Shown here in pieces: positions 7,462 through 14,700 of a stretch of 34,714 nucleotides of DNA. Both the position numbers and the translations under genes were made by a program. The notes below the pieces were generated by a model. The model did not search any database, had not been told where the DNA came from, and worked only from the letters and a program-made list of their open reading frames with translations. Numbering within the stretch: the first letter of the stretch is position 1; every line of letters starts with the position of its first letter. Source of the stretch: a virus. The stretch covers positions 78,281-112,994 of IMG/VR virus record IMGVR_UViG_3300001846_000239. The stretch is one strand, 5' to 3'.

Positions 7462-7722
7462 ATGAGTAATGTGATTATACCATCATCCGATGCAGATAAG
7501 CAACGTGTCAAAGACTGTATTATTGAGATCAGTAATGCTCTGACTTTGATAGATGCGCAGCGTGACTTCATTAAAGAAGCCATTGCATCGTGTTGTGATG
7601 AGGTTGATGTTGATAAAAAATACTTGCGTAAAATGGCTAAGATTTATCATAAACAAAACCTACATGAAGTTGTTGGTGAAGTTGAAGATGTTGAAGCACT
7701 TTACGAAGGAGTAATGGTGTAA
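7462..7722 (+). CDS. dsbA: T4 DsbA-like dsDNA-binding protein
   Basis: IKEAI...VDKKYLRKMAKIYHKQN...VEALYE resembles T4 DsbA, and the gene is syntenic with 33/59/32. Confidence 0.75.
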   Translation: MSNVIIPSSDADKQRVKDCIIEISNALTLIDAQRDFIKEAIASCCDEVDVDKKYLRKMAKIYHKQNLHEVVGEVEDVEALYEGVMV

Positions 7723-7829
7723 TGTTTAAATTGCTAACAGCAATAGTTGAGGGATCATTTAAACTTGCAGGTTGGATCATTCTATCATCAGTAGTTCTAT
7801 TGATATATATGACCTGGGTTGGAGTGTAA
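7722..7829 (+). CDS. 35-aa hydrophobic peptide (not in the ORF track)
   Basis: Translates as MFKLLTAIVEGSFKLAGWIILSSVVLLIYMTWVGV*. It has TAATG overlaps at both ends and AAGGAG upstream. Confidence 0.6.
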   Translation: MFKLLTAIVEGSFKLAGWIILSSVVLLIYMTWVGV

Positions 7830-8416
7830 TGGATCCGTTTGAATCTTATAAATTGTACAATGCACTTAAGTTGCATTTTGAATCTGGGTATGATGCTGTT
7901 AAATACAACTTTAAATCTAATGTAACACCTGCGTCTTTTTTTAAGAGACGCGACAAATATTTTTTCGCTAAATTGGCGAAGAAACATAATAATAATTTGA
8001 AAGACTATTATATCTCAAACTTCAAAGTCGGACTAAGTTATGTCGGTGACATGATAGATGAAGAAGGTGAGAACAACTACAAAGAGCACAAAAGAATACA
8101 AGAAAGTATTCATCGAGTGTTCGCAGTTGATATAAATAGATTAGATGACCACAATATAGGTGTCGAGTTCAACAAACTCTTTGAGAGTTCTGACGGACAA
8201 CTACCTGAGGTCATAAAGTTATGGATGCAAGAAGAAATATCATTGGAAACTGTGGTCATTCTTAATTCCATATTGGGGTTCGTACCTCGTGAATCTAAAC
8301 GGATAACAGATACCATCATCTGGCCTGATATCCAACGGAAGATCGAAAAGTACACTCCATTTGTAAACTTTAATGTTAACAAGTGTAAGACAATGTTAAC
8401 AAATAAGTTTACTTAA
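7829..8416 (+). CDS. gp59: Helicase loader
   Basis: Start at ATG 7829 (GGAG upstream). Motifs YKLYNALKLHF...YDAVKYN...FFKRRDKYFFAKL and ISLETVVIL; directly upstream of gene 32. Confidence 0.88.
   Translation: MDPFESYKLYNALKLHFESGYDAVKYNFKSNVTPASFFKRRDKYFFAKLAKKHNNNLKDYYISNFKVGLSYVGDMIDEEGENNYKEHKRIQESIHRVFAVDINRLDDHNIGVEFNKLFESSDGQLPEVIKLWMQEEISLETVVILNSILGFVPRESKRITDTIIWPDIQRKIEKYTPFVNFNVNKCKTMLTNKFT
8131..8138 (+). promoter_or_regulatory. Possible late promoter for gene 32, inside gene 59
   Basis: Exact TATAAATA match. Confidence 0.4.
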
Positions 8417-8442
8417 TGTAAAGATGGTATATCATTTAATTA

Positions 8443-8471
8443 TGTACAAACCATCAAAAGTGTGTTATAAT
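8443..8471 (+). promoter_or_regulatory. Early promoter P5 (gene 32)
   Basis: TGTACA (8443-8448), N17, TATAAT (8466-8471). Confidence 0.8.
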
Positions 8472-8563
8472 ATACGGTATATCTGTATTAAATAATACAA
8501 AATTTAGATTATGTATTAAGTGGATAATTCAGAAAATACAATGCAATACAAGGAGAATATACA

Positions 8564-9463
8564 ATGTCATTTGCAAATTTAAAGAGCTCACGAGGCTCGT
8601 CAATCGACAAACTCGTAAAAGCAGCTGAAGCTGTATCTACTAAAACTGAAACTAAATCATATGATGATGATAGGTTTTGGAAACCCTCGAAGGATAAAGC
8701 AGGTAATGGTTATGCCGTTATTAGATTCCTACCCGCTCAAGAAGGTGAAGATCTTCCATGGGTAAGGTATTGGGATCACGGATTTAAAGGTCCAACTGGT
8801 TTATGGTATATCGAGAATAGTCTAACTACAATCGGTCAAGATGATCCAGTATCTGAAGCTAATTCAGTACTGTGGAATAGTGGTCGTGATGAAGATAAGG
8901 CTATCGCACGGGAAAGAAAAAGACGTCTACACTATGTATCAAACATCTTAGTCGTTTCTGATCCTGCAAATCCACAAAACGAAGGTAAGGTATTCCTTTA
9001 CAAATTTGGTAAAAAGATCTTTGACAAAATCATGGATGTAATGCAGCCACAATTTGCAGATGAAGATCCTGTGAATCCTTATGATTTTTGGGAAGGTGCG
9101 GACTTTAAAATTAAGATCCGTAAAGTTGAAGGTTGGGTGAACTATGATAAATCAGAGTTTGCTAGTGCTGCGCCACTATACAATGGTGACGAGGCTCGAC
9201 TAGAAGAAGTATACAACAAGCTATACTCACTTAACGACTTTGTTGATCCTAAAAACTATAAGTCTTATGATGAACTCAAAGCTAAGTTGAATAAAGTATT
9301 GGGTGTTGATGCCGGTCATGCGGCTGTTGAAGCTCCAATGGTTGAAGCGCCAGTAGTTGAACAACCTACTATTGCTTCGGCTGATTCAGCTCCGTTTAGT
9401 ACAAGCGATGAGGCTGAAGAAGATACACTGTCTTACTTCGACAAACTAGCCCAACAGGGATAA
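8564..9463 (+). CDS. gp32: Single-stranded DNA-binding protein
   Basis: Motifs DDRFWKP..DKAGNGYAVIRFLP, HGFKGPTGLWYIENSLTT, GKVFLYKFGKKIFDKI and NYDKSEF, plus an acidic tail ending LSYFDKLA. Confidence 0.97.
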   Translation: MSFANLKSSRGSSIDKLVKAAEAVSTKTETKSYDDDRFWKPSKDKAGNGYAVIRFLPAQEGEDLPWVRYWDHGFKGPTGLWYIENSLTTIGQDDPVSEANSVLWNSGRDEDKAIARERKRRLHYVSNILVVSDPANPQNEGKVFLYKFGKKIFDKIMDVMQPQFADEDPVNPYDFWEGADFKIKIRKVEGWVNYDKSEFASAAPLYNGDEARLEEVYNKLYSLNDFVDPKNYKSYDELKAKLNKVLGVDAGHAAVEAPMVEAPVVEQPTIASADSAPFSTSDEAEEDTLSYFDKLAQQG

Positions 9464-9487
9464 CAATAAGATCCTCATGAGAGGGCA

Positions 9488-9507
9488 GGGGAGATTTCGG
9501 TCTCCCC
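9488..9507 (+). terminator. UUCG-tetraloop hairpin after gene 32 (terminator or stabiliser)
   Basis: GGGGAGAT-TTCG-GTCTCCCC; the following U-tract (ACTTATTGT) is weak. Confidence 0.6.
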
Positions 9508-9517
9508 ACTTATTGTA

Positions 9518-9567
9518 AAGCGTGATCCGCTTGGTAGATCCGCATTGGTTCATGCGTTAAAAGAATC
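9518..9567 (+). ncRNA. Candidate cis-regulatory RNA: two tandem H-type pseudoknot-like units
   Basis: AAGCG-TGATC-CGCTT-GGTA-GATC followed by CGCAT-TGGTTC-ATGCG-TTAAAA-GAATC. In each unit the loop can pair with the 3' segment. Confidence 0.4.
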
Positions 9568-9593
9568 GTATAATCCAGAATAGGAGAATTACG

Positions 9594-9680
9594 ATGACTG
9601 TAGAACTAACTTACAGAGGCGTATCGTACACCAAAAAAGTTGCTAAAAAAGCATCAGGTGTTGAAAAAGCCTCTAAATAA
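9594..9680 (+). CDS. 28-aa basic YRG peptide (DUF4278-like; not in the ORF track)
   Basis: TAGGAGA RBS; translates as MTVELTYRGVSYTKKVAKKASGVEKASK*. LTYRGVxY is the DUF4278 signature. Confidence 0.75.
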   Translation: MTVELTYRGVSYTKKVAKKASGVEKASK

Positions 9681-9755
9681 CTAAACTAGGAGAAACAATA
9701 AAAACCGGAAGGTATATGACTCGTAAAAAAGCTTATGCTGAGATGGTAATGTTTG

Positions 9756-9784
9756 AGGGTCCCTGCAAAAGGGACCCTTTTTTT
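9756..9784 (+). terminator. Rho-independent terminator between convergent operons
   Basis: AGGGTCCC-TGCAAAA-GGGACCCT followed by a T-run. Confidence 0.85.
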
Positions 9785-9786
9785 AT

Positions 9787-11694
9787 TTAGAAGGATACTG
9801 TTTGAGATACTCTGTTGACTGGAGTTTGGTTGATAATACTAATATTTTGCTTAGTACTACTATCAGAGCTTGCTACTGTGACTGGAGCACTTGTTTCAAC
9901 CGGTCTTTCTGGCATTCTTAATTCAATATTTTCAGCTGATAGATTGATTACCGCATCACCCTGTATGCTAGGAGAATTTTGTACTGCCGCAGATGGGGTT
10001 GAAGGGTTTTGAATAAGCTGTAACATTTCGTTTGCTTTTTTGATTGTCGCAACGGCTGCTTCAGCATCATCACCAAGGTTAGCAAGACCTTTTGTCTTAA
10101 AGTCTCTACCTTCATAGATTGTTCCACCCGACATAATGACTTCTAATACCTTCATGTATTCGGCCAGATCTTCAACCATATCGTCAAGATCTAATGTCAA
10201 TCCATCCATCTTGGTAAGTTTAGCAAATGACTCAGCAAAGTGATCAAACGCAGTGGCACCGTCCTCGATAAGTTGTGCATTCTCACCAACCTTCATAGCG
10301 GCTTCAATAGGACTTTCACCACCTACAAAGAATTTAACAATACCTGCACCAAGATCAGCAATCGCATTTAGACCTTTACTTGCAGCAAATGTTGATAAGC
10401 CTGCACTCAAACTTAGCAATGCATCGTTAGCTCGTGATGTTCTTTCATAGTCTGCATCTTCACCGATAGACAATAAGGTATTTACCTGTTCTTTAATTGT
10501 ATCAGCAAAATCACCTTCGGTAAATTTATCAATAGCATCTGCAGTACTATTAGCACCTTTACCTATCGCAAATGCGACAAGACCAAGTGACAATCCACTC
10601 ATTGTTTTACGGAATGCAGTTGTATCACCAGCCTTACCTAAATCAATCGATAAAAGTGTTTCAACCTCACGCTTAATATCTTCGGCAAAGTTTTCGCCAG
10701 AGAATTTAGTTATCGCATCACCAACGCCAGAACCAGTTTTACCTATGGCAAAGGCTACAAGACCAAGAGCTAAACCGCCCATAGTCAATGCGAAGTCACC
10801 AACTTGACCAGCAGTACCAGTATCGATAGAGATTAATGTTTCTACTTCTCTCTTGATATTGTCTGCAAAGTTTTCACCTGATGTAAATTTGGTTACTGCG
10901 TCAGCAACACCGGATCCAGCTTTACCTACTGCGAATGCAGCAAGACCAAGACCCAATGCACCCAGTGTAAGAGATACTCCAGCCACACGCTCGGGTGTCA
11001 TATTTTCTAGATCAGCAATGGCTAGCAAATCATCAATATTACCTCTGATGTTTTGAATCCAATCGCCATTACCTTCGAATCTACTTACGGCTTTACTTGC
11101 TACTTCACCTAATGAGAATGCGGCAAGGCCTAAACCGAGAGCACCCATTGTAGCAGAAACAGAGGCTACATTTGCTACGGTCATTCGGTCAGATTCGGCT
11201 ATACTTAAAAGCTCATCAACGTTTTCTTTAATCTTTTCTGTATCTAATTCACCAAATTGTTCCATGGCATAGGTCAAACCAGCTGCACCAACACCAAGAC
11301 CAGCAAGTAATGCACCTGCACCCATTGCAATTGGTCCCATCATACCGCCTAGTTTACTTAATATGCCACTACTCTTCCTGGCTTCTGCACTATCTGGAGA
11401 AGCTTTTGTAGTAATACCATCGGCCAATAGATCTTTAATCTCTTCGAATATAAGACCTGATTCTCTATTCTTTTCGATCTCTGCAAGGCGACTATTATCC
11501 ATTGACTCAAAGAAGTCATTAAATACAACATTCAGGCTTGCACTTGTTTCTAGTGCAACCTGTTGCATTTTCTTTAATTCCAAAAGATGCCGACGGGTAT
11601 TTCTGCCATCACGTTCAATCTCGCCAGTGGCGCGATTGTTTTCTGACATTAAATCAATTAATTCTCTTATATCGTTTCGATTTTCGTCGGCCAT
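9787..11694 (-). CDS. Tape-measure / baseplate-hub protein (gp29-like)
   Basis: 635 aa, helical and Ala/Gly-rich with ~60-aa repeats and an S/T/N/P-rich C-terminus. Last gene of the gp54-gp26-gp51 operon. Confidence 0.65.
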   Translation of the reverse strand: MADENRNDIRELIDLMSENNRATGEIERDGRNTRRHLLELKKMQQVALETSASLNVVFNDFFESMDNSRLAEIEKNRESGLIFEEIKDLLADGITTKASPDSAEARKSSGILSKLGGMMGPIAMGAGALLAGLGVGAAGLTYAMEQFGELDTEKIKENVDELLSIAESDRMTVANVASVSATMGALGLGLAAFSLGEVASKAVSRFEGNGDWIQNIRGNIDDLLAIADLENMTPERVAGVSLTLGALGLGLAAFAVGKAGSGVADAVTKFTSGENFADNIKREVETLISIDTGTAGQVGDFALTMGGLALGLVAFAIGKTGSGVGDAITKFSGENFAEDIKREVETLLSIDLGKAGDTTAFRKTMSGLSLGLVAFAIGKGANSTADAIDKFTEGDFADTIKEQVNTLLSIGEDADYERTSRANDALLSLSAGLSTFAASKGLNAIADLGAGIVKFFVGGESPIEAAMKVGENAQLIEDGATAFDHFAESFAKLTKMDGLTLDLDDMVEDLAEYMKVLEVIMSGGTIYEGRDFKTKGLANLGDDAEAAVATIKKANEMLQLIQNPSTPSAAVQNSPSIQGDAVINLSAENIELRMPERPVETSAPVTVASSDSSTKQNISIINQTPVNRVSQTVSF

Positions 11695-11704
11695 ATCTTA
11701 CTTC

Positions 11705-12028
11705 CTACTTTTTACCAAAGTTTTGTGTTCCAAAGAAAGCTGCTACAATACCAGCAACTGCAACAAAATATGTTGGAGCCATATCACCCAGTACTTCCAT
11801 TGCCTGATCTAAACCAACCAGGGATGCAACTACAACTGCGAATGGATATAGTAATAGTCCACCTAATGCAAACCATGTCATTTTACGTTGCGCATCACGC
11901 ATTGCATCTGCATCATCGAGTTCTTTACGTTTGAACTCAAGATACATCGCATGTTCTTCGTCAGATACTTTACCATCACCGTTTGTATCTGCTGGATGGT
12001 CAGGCTTCATTTTTACTTCTTCTGTCAT
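11705..12028 (-). CDS. Small membrane protein with an EF-hand-like loop and 2 TM helices
   Basis: DTNGDGKVSDEE fits DxxxDGxxxxxE. TM segments are WFALGGLLLYPFAVVVASLVGL and TYFVAVAGIVAAFFG, followed by a basic C-terminus. Confidence 0.75.
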   Translation of the reverse strand: MTEEVKMKPDHPADTNGDGKVSDEEHAMYLEFKRKELDDADAMRDAQRKMTWFALGGLLLYPFAVVVASLVGLDQAMEVLGDMAPTYFVAVAGIVAAFFGTQNFGKK

Positions 12029-12213
12029 CGTCTTGTCCTTTGTTTAATTTTTTCGTTTTCGTCTTCAATATGTTGCTGCAATAGGCTAACATATATCTGC
12101 CTCTCCCATGGTAACATATTATCAAGCTCTGTTAAACTATACTTGTGATGTTGAACTAATGCGAAGTTTGTCTTATAATGATTGGTCAAACTCTCATGTG
12201 AGAGGCCTATGAA
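12025..12213 (-). CDS. gp51: gp51-like baseplate hub assembly reading frame; no good start codon, probably reached by -1 frameshift from gp26
   Basis: Translates as FIGLSHESLTNHYKTNFALVQHHKYSLTELDNMLPWERQIYVSLLQQHIEDENEKIKQRTRR*. The NFAL.QHHKYSL.E..NM.PWER motif is typical of marine T4-like gp51. Confidence 0.75.
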   Translation of the reverse strand, partial: FIGLSHESLTNHYKTNFALVQHHKYSLTELDNMLPWERQIYVSLLQQHIEDENEKIKQRTRR

Positions 12214-12908
12214 AAAAAACTTTGTAGACCTCTTAGCTCTACGTTAGATTTCTCTCCACACTTATGGCAAGTGATTTCATCTTTATATTCAACAGCCGGT
12301 ATAGCTTGGAAGAATGTTTGCAATTTCTTGAATTGCGTAGAGTTTAAGTTTTCAATAAACTCTTGTACCTCTTCCTTACTGGTCTGACTTCTGTCATATA
12401 CCGCATCTTCATCAAATATACAATCAACACAACTTACTAGTAAGTCCATCACACCTTCAACGCTGTCAAGTTTTTCTATATCTAATTCACCAAATGTTGC
12501 AACAGATGGATAAGACATCTTGACACCAATATCATCAGTTAACATGATAACGTTATCATCTTTTACATTTGCCATTTTTACATCATCAACGTTGATAGTC
12601 AGTGGATTAAGTTCTTCACAGTGTTCGCACTTAATCTGTAGGTTCATTTCTTCGCCAACTGACTTGCCTCGCAATTGCAAGAACATATATTCAATGTCAA
12701 ATGTAGTTAATTTAGTGACATCATCCAAACCATAACATGATTGGATAACATCTTTTACCGCGTTGGAAATCTGCAGAGGATCCGCTGATTCCATTGCGAC
12801 CATCAATACCTTCTCTTCTTTCACAAGATAAGGTCTCATCTTGAGCGTTTCGCCGGTAGACGGCAACTTAATGTCGTACCTTGGTACGCTCATCTTGGGT
12901 AAAGCCAT
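12207..12908 (-). CDS. gp26: Baseplate hub subunit / assembly chaperone
   Basis: Motifs MALPK...LPSTG...RPYLVKEEKVL and FDIEYMFLQLRGKSVGE, two CxxC pairs, and a GLQSFFS end. Confidence 0.88.
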   Translation of the reverse strand: MALPKMSVPRYDIKLPSTGETLKMRPYLVKEEKVLMVAMESADPLQISNAVKDVIQSCYGLDDVTKLTTFDIEYMFLQLRGKSVGEEMNLQIKCEHCEELNPLTINVDDVKMANVKDDNVIMLTDDIGVKMSYPSVATFGELDIEKLDSVEGVMDLLVSCVDCIFDEDAVYDRSQTSKEEVQEFIENLNSTQFKKLQTFFQAIPAVEYKDEITCHKCGEKSNVELRGLQSFFS

Positions 12909-12933
12909 TATATTCTCCTATTGTAATAATATC

Positions 12934-13584
12934 TTAATTAAATATTGTACCAACCGCAGACAATGTAGATTGAACCGGCCCTTCTGGTACATAGTTTTCG
13001 TAACTCAAAGTCACACTCATTTTCTGAACAGTATTTTCAGCATTACTGTCCAGGTTTACCGCATTCACAGTGATTGGAAATGCACCTTCCAATCTAACCG
13101 CATATACTGGTACGTTATCCTGATTTAGCTGTTGTATAACTATATCAGTCTGAAAATCTTTTTTATAACCTGCTCTGTATGTATTCATATCAATGATACC
13201 ACTCATCCATGTGTCAAACATTTTCTTGACATAGTAATCATTGGTAAGCAGGAATGTCATTGTCACATCTTCATTGATTACTGTATATGGCACCTTGATC
13301 GTTTGTTTATCGGCAGTGTAATCAATCGTTGCAATCTGTCTTCCAGGCAATTGTACTGACTCGCATAGAATAGAGATATCTCTTGGGTCAGGTATAATAT
13401 TAGTAGGCGACGCACCTGCAATTGCATTTCTTGCAAGATCACCAACAAGAGAACCAATACTCGAGTTCAAGAGTGACTTGAATGAATTGGATGTCGGGGG
13501 TGTAAAGAACACATTAAAACGGTTTTGCATTGCAATACCGCCCTTCTTAGCAATTGTTGATTTAAGATCGTCTATACTGTTCAT
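12934..13584 (-). CDS. gp54: Baseplate tail-tube initiator (gp54/gp19 fold)
   Basis: Tube-fold motifs NRFNVFF, LCESVQLPG, LEGAFPITV and SVTLSY; lies between gp2 and gp26. Confidence 0.65.
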   Translation of the reverse strand: MNSIDDLKSTIAKKGGIAMQNRFNVFFTPPTSNSFKSLLNSSIGSLVGDLARNAIAGASPTNIIPDPRDISILCESVQLPGRQIATIDYTADKQTIKVPYTVINEDVTMTFLLTNDYYVKKMFDTWMSGIIDMNTYRAGYKKDFQTDIVIQQLNQDNVPVYAVRLEGAFPITVNAVNLDSNAENTVQKMSVTLSYENYVPEGPVQSTLSAVGTIFN

Positions 13585-14168
13585 TGTGCGTATGCCTTCC
13601 TAGAGTATCGCCACACAGATTGTGCTTTGACCTTTCTAAATTCTTCTGTTGGTAAAAAGATTGCAATTTCCCATTCAGTCATAGGTACTCTTACGATCTT
13701 CGACTTAACATGATCCATCAGGTAATGCTTGAAGCAAGGCTCAAATTCTCTATACTTCTTGACACCTTTCAATGTTTTGTATCTCATTCGCTGCAGACGT
13801 GTCGTGTCTGTCATATTCTTTGGGGCTAACTTCATTAGCTCATCAAGGAATCTTGCACGTACACCAGGCGATAGGTAATGTAGATTCAATCCATAGAAAC
13901 CGCCTGGAGCAGGTTCGACCATAATGGTCAATGGGAATCTATCATAGTATGGTAACTCTGCCTTATACTTGGGATCATAGAAATACATCATCATGTCACC
14001 AATACGTGGCTTCGTAGTAGTCACCAATGCCTCATCTTTCAGCAATGAACGGTTGTTAATATCGCCAAGCTTCTTCACATTACGTTGAAACCAACGCTGT
14101 GATTCCTTCGTTCTTGGAGAGACGCCTGCCCTAAATGCCTGTGCTTGTAGTGTATCGAATAAACTCAT
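13581..14168 (-). CDS. gp2: DNA end protector protein
   Basis: Motifs YFYDPKYKAELPYYDRFPL, GLNLHYL, CFKHYL and AIFLPTE. Confidence 0.92.
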   Translation of the reverse strand: MSLFDTLQAQAFRAGVSPRTKESQRWFQRNVKKLGDINNRSLLKDEALVTTTKPRIGDMMMYFYDPKYKAELPYYDRFPLTIMVEPAPGGFYGLNLHYLSPGVRARFLDELMKLAPKNMTDTTRLQRMRYKTLKGVKKYREFEPCFKHYLMDHVKSKIVRVPMTEWEIAIFLPTEEFRKVKAQSVWRYSRKAYAQ

Positions 14169-14173
14169 ATCTT

Positions 14174-14181
14174 TATTTATA
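14174..14181 (-). promoter_or_regulatory. Late promoter (gene 2)
   Basis: TATAAATA on the minus strand, 5 nt before the gp2 ATG. Confidence 0.75.
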
Positions 14182-14625
14182 CTATCCTTTCAACACTTTG
14201 ATACCTAAATTGCGTAAAGTATCTTCGGTCCAGATCTGAAACTTCCATCCCTTATGGTGTGCGAACTGCTGAGCCGCTTCCCACTTGGATGTATTCTTGA
14301 TATATGTGGTCACCTCATTCAAATGCTTCTTCGTCTTACGTTTACCTTTGGGAGGTTGGGTCTGTTTCTTTGGCTTGATTTCAACCAATATCACATCACC
14401 ATTACTCATCTCAAGTAACATATCAACGAAATAACGATGCAGCTTATTATCCGTCTTACACTTGTATGGTATAACAATCTCTTCACTGTTCCATGCACGT
14501 ACCTGTGGATTTGTCTCTGCCCAACGAAATGCATTGCGTTCCCATAGCGATCTGTATGTCACCTTGGACCAATCGCCCGCATATTTGCTCTTATTCTTGA
14601 CTGTGTATTTACCTTTGTATGCCAA
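14182..14625 (-). CDS. gp4: Head completion nuclease (TnsA-like), TTG start
   Basis: Motifs YRSLWE, WNSEEIVIPY, HRYFVD, EIKPKKQT, KWEAA and WTED, with GGAG upstream of the TTG. Confidence 0.92.
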   Translation of the reverse strand: MAYKGKYTVKNKSKYAGDWSKVTYRSLWERNAFRWAETNPQVRAWNSEEIVIPYKCKTDNKLHRYFVDMLLEMSNGDVILVEIKPKKQTQPPKGKRKTKKHLNEVTTYIKNTSKWEAAQQFAHHKGWKFQIWTEDTLRNLGIKVLKG

Positions 14626-14642
14626 AACTCATCTCCAAAACA

Positions 14643-14650
14643 TATAAATA
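14643..14650 (+). promoter_or_regulatory. Late promoter (gp48 operon)
   Basis: TATAAATA in the divergent intergenic region. Confidence 0.8.
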
Positions 14651-14677
14651 GTTGTAATAAAGTAATTAATCTATCAC

Positions 14678-14685
14678 TATTTATA
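14678..14685 (-). promoter_or_regulatory. Late promoter (gp4 operon)
   Basis: TATTTATA on the plus strand, i.e. TATAAATA on the minus strand. Confidence 0.8.
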
Positions 14686-14700
14686 TAGGTAAAAAGAAGC

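Noticed and set aside
8407-8435. Second early promoter GTTTAC...TATCAT upstream of gene 32
   Set aside because: The spacing is 16 nt and the -10 is imperfect; the adjacent 8443-8471 promoter matches the consensus exactly.
9510-9593. Canonical glutamine, preQ1-I or SAM-II riboswitch upstream of the YRG peptide
   Set aside because: The consensus elements I recall for these classes are not evident, so it is kept only as an unassigned structured-RNA candidate pending an Rfam search.
9815-12148. Several plus-strand ORFs (65-149 aa) opposite the tape-measure and EF-hand genes
   Set aside because: Shadow frames of well-supported minus-strand genes, downstream of a plus-strand terminator, with no SD or protein-like features.
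14182-14625. TnsA-like nuclease as evidence of a Tn7-type transposon
   Set aside because: Sequence and position (next to gp2, divergent from gp48/gp53) identify it as the core T4-like head completion protein gp4.
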